Assembly: GCA_032718475.1 (NCBI GenBank)
Contig: JAUCBJ010008697.1
Coordinates: forward strand, 15,100-79,099
Length of the DNA: 64,000 bases
DNA from: Nemertoderma westbladi
Taxonomy: Eukaryota; Animalia; Xenacoelomorpha
Direction of reading: 5' to 3'
The notes beneath the pieces are model-generated. The model worked only from the letters and a program-made list of their open reading frames with translations, was not told where the DNA came from and did no database searches. Position numbers and translations under genes: made by a program. Position 1 is the stretch's first letter, and every line of letters begins with the position of its first letter. Positions 1 to 12,134 of the stretch are shown piece by piece.

Positions 1-1547
1 TTAATTATTAGTGATCTATCGAATAATACAATAGGTTTACACTGCAACCTTACACTGCAATAATAAAATCTAAGCATCCGAATTCAGCCTCCCGGGTGTA
101 GATCCATCGGGTGAATGATCGCGCATGGGCTGGCTTCAGCTAATGTTTTGTTTATTAGCATAAAATATTGTCGTATGCTAAAGGTGTGTTAATTAACTAA
201 AAGACATATAAATTTTGGCAGGTTAAACTGCTAAAGGTATTCAAAAGCGCGAACAGCCCATCCGTCAATGAAAGTTATACCAATCGACGTAGCTCAACCC
301 CAAGATGTGTAAAAAAAGGTTTCAAAAAAAAAATATTAAAGTGTCTATTTTTTATTTCGAAAAAGAGCCCCATAACACGAAAATTGCAATCAACTCAACG
401 ATAGAAACACCAGCTGCTGGTGCTCATGAGGGCGTAGTAAGCTACTACTATTTATTGAATGGATAGGCCCAAACTGCAGAGAAGTATATTTCAATGTTCC
501 TAATTGGATGGATTTCATGAACGCAAATGTTGTGGAGGACGTCTACAGCCTAAGATACTCAACATTTAGCGTCAAACATCGTCGGATACGTAAATATTTT
601 AATGTGTAAAGGAAATCGAATATGCACCAGGATGATAAAACACGGAACTTTAGAACTCTCTTCGCGATACGGTACTAAGAGGTCCCCAGGTTTGCTGCAT
701 GAACGCCGTAACAACCCTTCTATCTTGAGAACTGACTCGGTTCGGACTCGGGTAGGGTTTAATAATCTATATCAAATGTGTAGAACTTTTAGCACTGAAC
801 GATGCCCGCTGCCGCCCTAAGTGCTTTTTAATGGATTTTAATATGTTATGACGTGTCACTGTGGTCTGTTTTTAATAATTAATAATATATCAATTTGTTT
901 GATTAAAAGCAATGAAATGAAATATTACTTGCCAAGTTTATTACTCTCTCACTATATCCCAGACAACTAATAGTATATTATTGTAGTATAGTAGGCCTAT
1001 ACATATTATTCACAAGCCAATCAGGGAGCTAAATTCCAGAACACGTTCTTCTTTGTCGTGTCCAAAAATCAGCAGAAAAATGGAGACAGGAAAGAAGCTA
1101 AGAGTCATAACAAGTCTTAAGAAGTCATGAAGCCTCTAGGAGCATGTGATAATTGCAAAGGTCAATTATGTGATGTTGCTCGACTTGTTGGGAGGTCAAG
1201 TATATGTGCCGCTTTAACTCTATATCCGTACAATGTTGGTTCCAATATTCCACTAAAAATTCAGACATCTATAATCGGGCAGACGGGCAGACTTATATTG
1301 ATACTGGACTATTATGATACCCTCACTAATGTTCTGGTTTCGTAGAATATTATTATTAGGATACATGCATATTATATGCTTATATTAAATTGGTTGCTTC
1401 ATAGTGATGCCGGGAATGGATATGGTATTGAATATTTGTTCATCTTTTCGCTTCGGACTAACACAGAAACAGAATTATGATTTAGTTTTTTCGGTTTTGT
1501 TGTCTTATAGACGGTCTTCTTATTATAGCCAGCTTGCTGGTTTTCTA

Positions 1548-1730
1548 GTGGGGCGAGCGACGAAAGTAAGCGAGCTTAGCATACAGGTACCACTAATTCA
1601 ATCGGTGTGTCTGTTGCTCTGTTGTTCTGTTGATCTGTTGTGTCCAATTTTAAAGGTTAATAACTCAGCCAAATCTCGATAAAATATATCCAAACTTGGT
1701 ACATATGTAGTCTGGCAAAAATTTGGTGGG
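1548..1730 (+). mobile_element. Non-autonomous Helentron/DINE-1-like (HINE) element fragment
   Basis: gggcgagcgacgaaagtaagcgagcttagc head, then a ctgt-type microsatellite, then aactcagccaaat...aaacttggtacatatgtagtctgg. The same sequence recurs in reverse orientation at 51360-51830. The layout resembles HINE/DINE-1 elements (inference). Confidence 0.55.
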
Positions 1731-2361
1731 GTCTTCGTGCAGCATCTGTGTAACTAACTGTCTTGCAGTTAAAATAAATTTATCTATCCAAAAATTATTA
1801 GGTTTGGCATCAGCTGGTTGCTAGGAGACTGCAGGATATATCAGGTGGGTTTGAAATTCAGCAATACCGGTACAATGCAGCAATAATGTGGCCTTGGGAA
1901 GTGTGGTAGGTCTAACGGCAACCATGCAGCCATGGAAGTTTTGAAATTATGCGGAGTTAAGACAGACTGACATATTGTAAGGTTGTACCAGCTGACCTTT
2001 ATTCCATGTTCCGGTATCCACTACTGCAATAGGTACCCCAACAGCCCAATACTGCAATGCCCAGAAACGTTTTGGAATTGTACCGATACTCAAACAACTC
2101 GCCATCAAGGCCACCGCCTCTGTCTGTCGCAGTGTAGTTGGCGACCTCGACTTTTGGTATCGCTACTGCGCTAGCGCTACGGGCAAACTGGACTAACCGA
2201 TGAGCGAGACCCGAGGACTGAAGAATGCATTGAATTCTTTGAGTAGTTTGACTGACTGTGGACTTCTATGACATCGATGCCAAAATGCCAATGCGAAAGT
2301 TTTTTTTTAAGTAAAAGTTTGGTTAAATTTTCTTAATTATTTATTTAAATTTCTTAAGTAC

Positions 2362-2443
2362 CGATTTTGGGATAGAATTGCTATATTTTAATCTGTATAT
2401 AATAACTGACCCTCGTCCTGCGCGATGGCCCCACGAACGTGTT
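2362..2443. repeat. Dispersed repeat (probable TE terminus); second copy inverted at ~49308-49390
   Basis: ataactgaccctcgtcctgcgcgatggccccacgaacgtgtt is the near-perfect reverse complement of aacacgttcgtggggctatcgcgcaggacgaggctcagttat at ~49308. Confidence 0.7.
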
Positions 2444-4354
2444 ATTATTATCGTACATTATATGGCTAAACGAAATATAAGTACAGCCAGAGAAAAAAAA
2501 GCAGAATAAGCAGTTCGTATGTAAGTAAGTAGCACAAAATAATTAACTGTAGGGCGTACATACAAAATTTACAAGAACCGAAATAATTTCACAAAAAAAA
2601 CAGGCAATAATAAAAATTACCGTGGGCAAACAAAAATTAACATATCATTCAATTCAGACTCCGAGAAACCCTGCACTGATAATTCATTTGTTTTACAGAT
2701 AAGCAGCTCATTACACAATTAATTAGGTGTATGTTATAACATTAATGTACCATTTTGTATTTTTACCCATATTATCCGACAACATACGAGGGTCAGATAT
2801 GCCACATTTCAATGCAATTATATGATCTCCAAAACCATTAGAATTACCTGGCGACAGCGCTAACAGGTCTCCACCCCTCTAGCAGTGCATTTTAAGTGAA
2901 TATTATTAATTGAGATGGAAATTATTTATTTACAAGAGAACTTACACCCAATTTTACGAGCTGAAGAGCTGCTTGGCTTGTATTGTGTTGTAGGAGGCGC
3001 CAGCCGGATACATTGGGATACATTGTGTGGATGGGTGGTGGGTGGTTGGTTTGGTTCACTCAAGGTAAATAATTTAATATTCTAGAACATATTACCATGA
3101 GAACTAATCAACCAAGGCCAAGGCCACGCAACAGCCACCCACGCCAAGCAACCAAAGTATAAAGCTTTGTTATTGTTCGCGAATGTATTATACTATACAT
3201 TGCCTTTGCTTGTACAACTAACAATTATTATACTGTTTAATTATTCATGGGTTTTAGTGCGGCTTCAGTCAAAGATACGAGGTCATTGCCCAGACATTTG
3301 TTCACTTTGTATTACAGACGCCGATACCAATATATAATAAGCGCTGCCTCCTCAGTAGCTGAATATATTATACGTTACGTTTAACTTAGTTTCTTATATA
3401 AAATCGCTCTGGTTTAAAGTTTAATTACAATTGATTATTTAGAGTTTAGATTTACTGTTTATTCACAACATTACCAGCAGTCGTTCGCAATGAATTATTT
3501 ATTAAAGTGTTGGGACGTCTGGCCTGCAATTATTGTTACAACGGGTAATTATTCATTCCTACATTATATGAGTGTTGGTGTGTTTGTTTATTATTAAATA
3601 TGTGTTTGTATTTATTGATGTTTAATTATATTAGATTATTAAATAACATGTCACTCTAACACACACAAACTAACACACAAAATAACTGTTTATTTTTACC
3701 TATTTCTATTTATAGTTTATCACGTGGTCGGGCCAACACCGAGGGCCCGTGTTACGACTGCGCGCTTCCGCCTCCCCTCAGGTCGATGACGTCAGAGTGC
3801 GACAGCGGGTCCTACCACGGCGACAGATTGAAGTTGCTTCAAGTTGATCAAATTGCTTCACTTGATTTGTTGATATTTCAGGAAAGGCTATGCCATTGGT
3901 AAATCGACATTACCATTAAACAAAAAATAAATTATCGGTGTACTTATTATGTAAAAATTAATTCCCCTATGGCAGGCATTAATATTAAAGGATGTCGAAT
4001 ATAATGGCTGCCATCAGTAAGTCAATGTTTGCACTATGTAAAAATATATGAGGATCATAAAGAAATTTACGAAAGGAATAAAATTGGGTTATATTGGGAA
4101 GTTGATGGTTCGGATGGTAGAAAATGGCATTTGATTTGGCTCAAAATCTAATATTTCACATTTCAGTGTTGTATTCTTCAATATCAATATTGCGAGTAAT
4201 ATCAATAATATTACATCATCGTGCAATATTATTTCACCTTAATTCAATATAATATATTAAATATTCAATAATTAACAGAGATACAATCAATATTGTGCAA
4301 ATATTAATTCAATATACAAACATATTGAATCAATATGTTAACATGCTGGCAACT

Positions 4355-5348
4355 ATCACTGTACTGCAGTACTGTAATGCTCTGCCGGCTTGTCGACAAA
4401 ATTGCGCCGCCACAACTCCCTATCACCTATAACATTTGCTAGATCATCCGCATCGTCTAGGCCAGTCAGTAAGATGCGTCTCAAGAAAGTCATGGGCTGT
4501 CCACCATGCTTATTCACTCCATGAGGCTGCCAAAGCACAAGATTATGCACTGGCTGGTCCTCACGGCGAAAGCAATGTCCTGCAAAGCGGAGGCGATTTT
4601 GTTCTAGTGTCAAACTTGGGGGAACCAAAGAGACACCTCCAATGTTATATAGTGTCTGGTTGGAGATGTGTGCATTGTACTTGACACAGTGAACCCGGCG
4701 TAGCATTCTTGTGAATGCGCCATCCAGAGATTTGGTGTCTTCTGCAGTTAGAGCCCAGCATGGACTCCCATAGAGGAGTACTGGAACTAATGCTGCTCTA
4801 AATAATCGGACCTTAAGTTTCCGATTAATTCTCGGTGACTTCCAAATCCTGGAAAGCCTATTCAAGGCTGCCCATGCCTTTCTCTTACGTATTCGAAGGT
4901 CCTCACCTGACTTCCGGATCCATGATCCCAGGTAACAGAAGTCGTCCACATGCTCAAGCATACCATCCTTTGAGCTTATGCTCATCCGATCAGAGACTTG
5001 CTGAGGACTTTCAAAGTGAACTGTTAAAAAGACCAACACTAGAAGCAGCATGTTCTAATGAGCTGAAGATCCGTTGGGCTCCCTGAGAGTACTCCTAAGT
5101 CATCAGCAAAGTCTAGATCAGTTAGGTACTTGGCAGGATTTCTTCGACTTCTGGCGCCAGTACGTGGAGTTATCATCACCCCATCATCATTATGAGGATC
5201 TAAGGACATGCGTAGAACATAGTCAACCACAATTATGAACAAGAATGGTGCAAGTGTGTCTCCCTGGAGGATGCCCCATAACACTTCAAATGGTTCAGAC
5301 ACAAATGTTGTCGAACCATCGTATACTGATCTGATTGCTGCAATAATT
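4355..5348 (-). mobile_element. RTE-clade LINE, 5'-truncated, frameshifted RT/C-terminal fragment (copy 1)
   Basis: ORFs 5039-5302 and 4356-5051 encode GILQGDTLAPFLF, LDFADD, FCYLGS, VLLYGS..W and RLRFAGH, typical of RTE. Near-identical to the copies at 41815 and 52201. Confidence 0.9.
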
Positions 5349-5354
5349 ACATAT

Positions 5355-7241
5355 TGTGTATGGGAAATTAATTCGCTCTGTGGCGATTACAATTGAATAA
5401 TTATGACTAAAGTTAATTTATCAAATCTTTGAAAGATTTTAGTTACTTTATTTCATTTAACATTTAAATATTATAATTATCATATTATAATTCAATTATT
5501 TTAATTCGTTATAATGGAATATAACATGGCGCAGTGAAATCAAATTACCTACGTGAATTAATCCCATTTCTCACCCTAAAGTTTGCATTTCAATGACAGG
5601 GAAACAAGATGAAGTTGGGGCTGCAAAGCGTCGGAGAGGAGCTTTAAAAGGTCAACTCACAATGGCTGAGAACAAGTTGATAAAAGCTCTCGACGAAGTC
5701 AACAGGTTGGATCCAACAGAGAGAACAACTGCAGACATTAGCCAACTAAACCAACGACTCAAACGTCTCCATGGTGCGTATGAAGCTTATGAAGCTGCGC
5801 ATATTAATGTTAGTATATTGACAGAAGTTGACCCATCTATTGATGACGACTATATTACTTTGGGGGAGAAAGCTGCAGCTATTGACGATTTAGCAGCAAT
5901 GGTAGACACATGGATTGATTTAAAACCGCGTACCCATCCACCAACTGGTCACCATGGCGAATTGCGATCCCACGAATCAGAAATTCGTCCACACCTAGCA
6001 GCCGCATCAAAAACCATTAAAACCCCTTCAGTTATTGAAGCCGGTATTGATGCCAAACAATTTGATGGTTGGCTCCAGGTATGGCGCATTTATGTTCAAG
6101 CATCAAATCTTGAGGCTATGCCACCTAGAAACCAGATTGTAATGCTTTGGTCATGTTTTTCAGCTTCGTTTGCTTCAGAGGTCCGTCATGTCATGGATAT
6201 TGACCATGAACAGATAACTCACGTAAACGAGGCCATTCAATTAATTGAGAAACATCTGCGTGACAAACGCAACCAAGCATTGGATTGGCAAATATTATTA
6301 AAAGTACGCCAATCGTCGTCAATGGCATTCTTTTTATCAGATATTGAAGAAAAGCTTAAATGGGTAGAAGTTGACAAGGAACAGCTTCACATAGCCTTAT
6401 TAATTCTGGTGTGAAAAACGAGGAAATTCGGAGAGAAGTGATCAAAGAACGTCTACCAACTGTAGTTGAAGCCAAGAAGTTGATGTTGGCTCTAGAAGAG
6501 TCATATGGAGCCATCAAATCGCTGGCTACTGGCAATGGTGGAGAGAAACCTTCGATTGCTGCAACCACTAAAAAATCCAATTACAAAAAGAACAAGGAAT
6601 CGGGTTGGAACAAATCTCAAAATACTGACAATTATAAGGTGGCGGATAAACAGAAGGATTATCACAATACTTCTGCAAACCCAAAGTGCAGCTATTGTGG
6701 TCTGGTAGGACACCGTGGTGGTTCATCATGTCCAGCCAGAGGAAAAACTTGCAATGTCTGTAAAAAGAAAAACCATCTCGGTTCAGTATGTCGTCTAGTT
6801 AAATCTAAAGCATCAGCTAGCACATTAAGTGTTGGAGCTACAACTATTGGAAAAGCAGCAGCTACAAATCACATTCCAGTACCAACGACCGAAACTGTTT
6901 CTATGGATGTATTTACAGTGGACACCATTGAATTCCTTACAACTGTAGAAGCAATTCCTGATACTGGGACTGATGTTGTTATTGCTGGCGTAAAATTTCT
7001 TAGGGGAATAAAAAAATCGTCTTCCGATTTATCCCCTCCAATTTGGCCGCAAATATTTAGCATTGGTGGCAAGCCACTTAAACAACTTGGATGTGTTGTA
7101 ATCCGGATTTACCTACTTGGTGAATGTGCAAACGTTACAATTACTATTGCAGAAGGTGTCAATAATCTATATCTTAGTAAAGCCGCATGTAAGGCATTTC
7201 GTGCACATTGTGACTATATTGGCAGGAAGTGGAAGCCTTAA
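5355..7241 (+). mobile_element. Ty3/Gypsy (Mag-like) LTR retrotransposon remnant: putative 5' LTR end, PBS, gag and protease; frameshifted and truncated before RT
   Basis: ...tataACA (ends 5526) is followed directly by a PBS-like TGGCGCAGTG (5527-5536). Gag ORF 5593-6414 continues in another frame at 6411-7241 with paired zinc knuckles CSYCGLVGHRGGSSCPARGKTCNVCKKKNHLGSVC and the aspartic protease motif IPDTGTDV. Confidence 0.8.
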
Positions 7242-7453
7242 GAATTTAAGAGATGCTGTTGGTCGTCTCCCCTTGTGGGTCGTATCAGTTATGACAGATG
7301 TTCGGCTAACTGCCGAGGGTAAATCCCAAAGTGAGTTTTCTTAATTAACATTGAGGGTAAGGTTGATGTTTTCAAAGTATTGCTTACAGTTATGTAGCAT
7401 CTCAGATGATTGACTTCAAATTGATAGAAGCACAATGTCATCTGCATAACTTA

Positions 7454-7700
7454 AGGTCCGTTTCCGCGCTGCTTTTTTATGTGCGGTATTCTGAGCTTAT
7501 TTTAGCTGCTTTTTTTTTAGCTTTTTTTTTTCTAGCTTTTCATTGAGATTTTTTCTAGCTTTTTTGAGCTTCATTCTATATTTTAGGTTTTAACATTCCA
7601 AATTTCTCAGATTCATCTTGAAGCAGTGAATTTCTAGAAATTGTTTAACTAAAAAAAAGCTTGAAATAAAGCTCAAAAAAAGCAGCGCGGAAACGGGCCT
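7454..7700. mobile_element. MITE, PIF/Harbinger (Tourist)-like
   Basis: TIRs aggtccgtttccgcgctgctttttt / aaaaaagcagcgcggaaacgggcct (1 mismatch), flanked by TTA on both sides (7451-7453, 7701-7703). Confidence 0.85.
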
Positions 7701-8384
7701 TTACTGTGGGCTTCTTCATTGACATAGAGACCTAAGCCAGAGTCCTCCAATTCGTTGAAGAGATCTGTAAGATAAAAATTAAAAAGAGTTGGAGAGAGAA
7801 GACCATCTTGACGTAACCCACACCGATTTATCGGTGTATCGGTGTCATTGTATTTTGTATAACATATATTGTAACAAAGTTACGTTCAGCATTATGTAAA
7901 AGGGTATCATTCCGCGTTTATGACCACTGCATTGTTGACCTTTAATGTAAACCTCCCAAGCTGCGCTCGTTCGGTCGCTACATAAATACACTCGGGTGAC
8001 AACGCTGAAAAGTGCTACTTTTTTTCACACAATGATATAAATAATTATAATTGCAAAATCCAACTATTTTTTTATAGTAAGTATTCAAGGAAATAAACAA
8101 CCAATATATATATTGCCATTTTATGGAAGGAGAAATGATTATAATTGGCTCTCTGTTGGAATCACCAACTGTTAATAATAATACACACCGTTAATTAAGC
8201 AATTAATTATTCACTTACTGCATGCTACATAACTAACAAGCAGATGGCACTACGTAAGTGTTAAATGACAAGAAAATTAAGTAGTTTAGTTATTGCCTTA
8301 AATTTAAAGTATAAATTTCTATATTTTAAACTGATCCCAAATTAATAATTTATTAATTTGTTGATTACTTTTTGATAGGTAATT

Positions 8385-8745
8385 CTAGAGATTATGTACA
8401 CATGTAGAGATTATGTACACATGTAGAGATTATGTACACTTGTAGAGATTATGTACACATGTAGAGATTATGTACACATGTAGAGATTATGTACACATGT
8501 AGAGATTATGTACACTTGTAGAGATTATGTACACATGTAGAGATTATGTACACATGTAGAGATTATGTACACTTGTAGAGATTATGTACACATGTAGAGA
8601 TTATGTACACATGTAGAGATTATGTACACATGTAGAGATTATGTGCACATGTAGAGATTATGTGCACATGTAGAGATTATGTACACATGTAGAGATTATG
8701 CACACATGTAGAGATTATGTACACATGTAGGGTTTATGTACACAT
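8385..8745. repeat. 19-bp minisatellite (gtagagattatgtacacat), ~19 copies
   Basis: Directly visible head-to-tail array with few variants. Confidence 0.95.
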
Positions 8746-9788
8746 TGTCTCATTACGAGGTTAGGTCATTTTCGACTTGAAACATCCAATTCTGTTTCTT
8801 ATTAAATTAAATATAAATATTGAAAGCGGCCACCGTGTTTATGCAACCAGTTTTGTTGTGGGAAATAATAAAGGATCCTAGTTCTTTATAACTTTACTAC
8901 AACTCTAAGTTATTGTAAGATCCCCGTTAAGGGAGCGATAACCTATCGGGGATTCTAAAAAAAATGAGACATTCCACACAATACTCATCAACCCAAGGAT
9001 AACCTTATTGAACGGAGGTGGTCGTTTTGGCAAATACGTTTATGTATTTTAGACTATCTGAGACAGCTGCTGCTGCTTTATCAAGCAATCACTGTTAGAG
9101 GAAAGATTTTGTTGCACACACCTTACTGGCATCAACATCAGTAAGCCACTGGCATCGGATATCAGAAACATTAATTACTCCTGTTTTACTTGCCTATATG
9201 CCTAACTTCATATTCAATTAATGCATTAATCACAGTAAAATAAAGTGTTTTCGCGAAAAATATAGCATATGAGAGTATAATCAATTCTATCATAGTAAAA
9301 TAACATGTGGCCGCATAAACTCCATAAGTCACTGATGTTTGAGAATGGGAGACCAGACCAGCAATGTAAAACTTTGAAAAAATTGGGTTAAATTCCGCCA
9401 GCACAAAAGATAGGCAGAAGATTCTACTGCTTTTAACATTATTCATGAACTCCCTGCTGCCATGTATTCTTTGTTTTTCCATGGCTCAATCACAAGTCTC
9501 TCAATTAAAAGACAATGATATTTAGGCGAACCTCCAATGGAATTGAATCTTCTTTAATTTCCCATCTTCTAGGATATGCATCTATGCTGCACCAATAGTG
9601 CGGGATAAGTAAGTCTCCTGTCTCCCAAATGTAGTCAGACTGAACTACTGCAATATATTTTTGAGGTAGCATGAACTGCCTAATAACAGGCCTTTATTTA
9701 AAATCACCTGGCAACAGTACTCGAGCGGAATATTTATATATTTATACTTCCCCTCTGTTTCACTCTAACATACTTGAGACTTTTACCT

Positions 9789-10100
9789 GAACCGATAGCT
9801 GAATGGTTAGAGCGTCAGACTTCCAACCCGGAGGTCATCAGGTCGATCCCACCTGGATGTCATTGCCGACTTTGTAAAAGCTGTGCTCAACAAAACGTTA
9901 TAATACTTGAGGCTGGTAGGCTCCATGTTGGTGTTATGATATGCGTCTTGGCACTACCTGTCAAGTGGATTAGATAGGAGTGAAAGTGTCAGGCGCAAGT
10001 GGCTGAACTGGTTAGCGCTACTGATGAGGCCTGATAGGCCGTAACGTGCGTATTGCAATGGTTCAACATCCGATGACGTGCTTGCTTCCTCATATTTTTA
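9789..10100 (+). mobile_element. tRNA-derived SINE with an internal hammerhead-like motif
   Basis: Pol III A box TAGCTGAATGG (9796-9806) and B-box-like GGTCGATCC (9841-9849) in a degenerate tRNA-like head. The acceptor stem does not pair well, and ~240 bp of non-tRNA body follows. Confidence 0.75.
10017..10056 (+). ncRNA. Minimal type I hammerhead ribozyme-like motif (degenerate)
   Basis: gcta-CTGATGA-GGCCT(gat)AGGCC-GTAA-C(gtgc)G-TA^-ttgc. Core CUGAUGA, perfect 5-bp stem II, GAAA changed to GTAA, short stem III, GUA cleavage triplet, stem I gcta/ttgc with 1 mismatch. Confidence 0.6.
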
Positions 10101-10106
10101 ATTTAA

Positions 10107-11470
10107 ACTACTACTACTATCGGCATGCTACATTGCAGCTGCATTACATATATTAAAAATGCTGTGCCGGCTTGTCGATAAAATTGCGCCGCCACAACTC
10201 CCTATCACCCATGACATTTGCTAGATCATCCGCATCGTCAAGGCCAGTGTTCGTTAAGATGCGTCTCAAGAAAGTCTTAGGCTGTTCACCATGCTTATTC
10301 ACTCAATGAGGCTGCCAAAGCTCATGATTATGCACTGACTTGTCCTCCCGGCGAAAGCAATGTCCTGCAAAGCGGGGGCGGCTCCGTTAAAAACAGACTA
10401 ATCAAACACCTCCAATGTTGTATAGAGTCTTATGGGAGATGTGTTCATTGTACTGGACACAATGAACCCGGCGCAGCATTTTTGTGTGAGTGCCATCCAG
10501 AGATTTGAAATTATCTGCAGTTAGAGTCCAGCATGAACTCAGATACAGTATAAGAGTTCTGGTTATACTGCTGCCCTATATAATCGAACCTTGAGATTGC
10601 ATTTTATTCTATGTGACTTCCAAATCCATTCTGGATAGACTATTCAATGATGCCCATGCCTTCCCTGTACGTGTCCGAAATAAGCCATTCTTGGAGCTTA
10701 TGCCCTTACGATCAGGCATTTTTTGAGGGTTGTCAAGGTTCATTGTAATAATTGTTGTCTTCTTGAAGTTTACAAAATTTATTGTTAACTCTTCAATTCT
10801 CCTTTAAGTGCCAAAATGGGCTCCATGGTCCCACGACCTTTACGGAACCCATTCTGATTTCCACGGAGCAGTCTCTCAATGGGATTCCTGATGCGATTTA
10901 ATATAATTCTATTATATAGCTTTGCAGCAATTGAGATCAACGAGATTCCACGAAAAGTTCCATAGGTTGTTAGGTTGCCCTTCTTTGGTGCTGAGACCAA
11001 CTTGTTTGTTTTCAGTTCTTGAGGGACTCTCTTTGTACTATACATGTCCACAATAATGGGGTGAATGAGCTCCAAACACTCAGAATTTTAAAGACCTAAG
11101 AGGGGGCACGCCATCTACTCCACTGGCACGATTGGTCTTGTTGCTCCTAGCTACAATCTTGATTTCAGGAAAAGGAGATGTCACCAATGGGGATATCTGT
11201 GAGCACAGACTCAGATACACGATGTACCTCAAAGTTATTGTTACCCTATCATTGTTTAGAAGCTTCTCAAAGTGGGCCTTCCGACCTTTGATGCGTTCAA
11301 CTGGAGATTCAGCATTAACCTTGGTGGTTGGTTGGCTTTTCCTCCCAGTGAGCAGGTTTATTGATTGCCATACCTGGGATGTGGGGTGATTACCTGCTGT
11401 CGTCAGCATTGTTAATGACATCAACCAGCTTATTCATGAGTTCCTTCAGATTATCAGAGTACAGCCTGTT
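10107..11470 (-). mobile_element. RTE-clade LINE, diverged copy 2 with internal deletion and (TAG)n tail
   Basis: ORFs 10785-11075 (PKKGNL..FRGISLISIAAKLYNRIIL..NQNGFRKGR) and 11080-11424. Its 3' end matches the other RTE copies; ctactactacta tail at ~10107-10119. Confidence 0.85.
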
Positions 11471-12134
11471 AAGGGAAACTGAAATACATTACCTATTTGA
11501 ATTCCCCTTCGTAGAGAACAGTCGAGAGATCTGAAAGAACTCTTGGTATCATTAAACCTCCCTGCGTCAACAACAAGTTTACAGATGTCTGTTTTCGTGT
11601 CAGTTGTCAAAATTATTTGATTGGTTCTAGAACATCCCGACGAATTAATTCAATCCAACGGAATTTGCCATATCTACTCTTTTCGCGGTGCTAATAAAAA
11701 ACTGTAAATTATTTTATTAAAATCTATATTGATTTATATTTAATGCGATGCAGTATCTTACACGAGTGGGGCCTTCGTGCAGCAAAAGCTGCAAGCCATC
11801 TTATCATCATGGCTCGCAGTTTTGACTCGCCCCACAATACTGGTAATAGTGCAGTGACTCCGTGTTGGCCTACAAATATAGGCCGTTCTATTAATATTAA
11901 GATGTATCTAGATGAAGCCTTAACTGCATCCTTGGCTGTCCTAGTCTCCCTATATCTCTGCACCCTAGAGATTCTGTATATGATTAATATTTTTATTTAA
12001 AATAATATATTTTTTCCATTTTATTTTATATTTATGTTAATCCCATTGTTTTTATGTAGAATTTATCGCATAAAGTTGCTATCAGGAATGATACTAAATA
12101 TCATATATATTACATTATAACACTGTTAGACACT

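Noticed and set aside
470-2180. Short ORFs and exon-like segments
   Set aside because: No recognisable domain and no consistent splice chain.
9789-9862. Functional tRNA-Gly(TCC) gene
   Set aside because: Acceptor and anticodon stems pair poorly, the B box is mutated, and the sequence continues into a SINE body.
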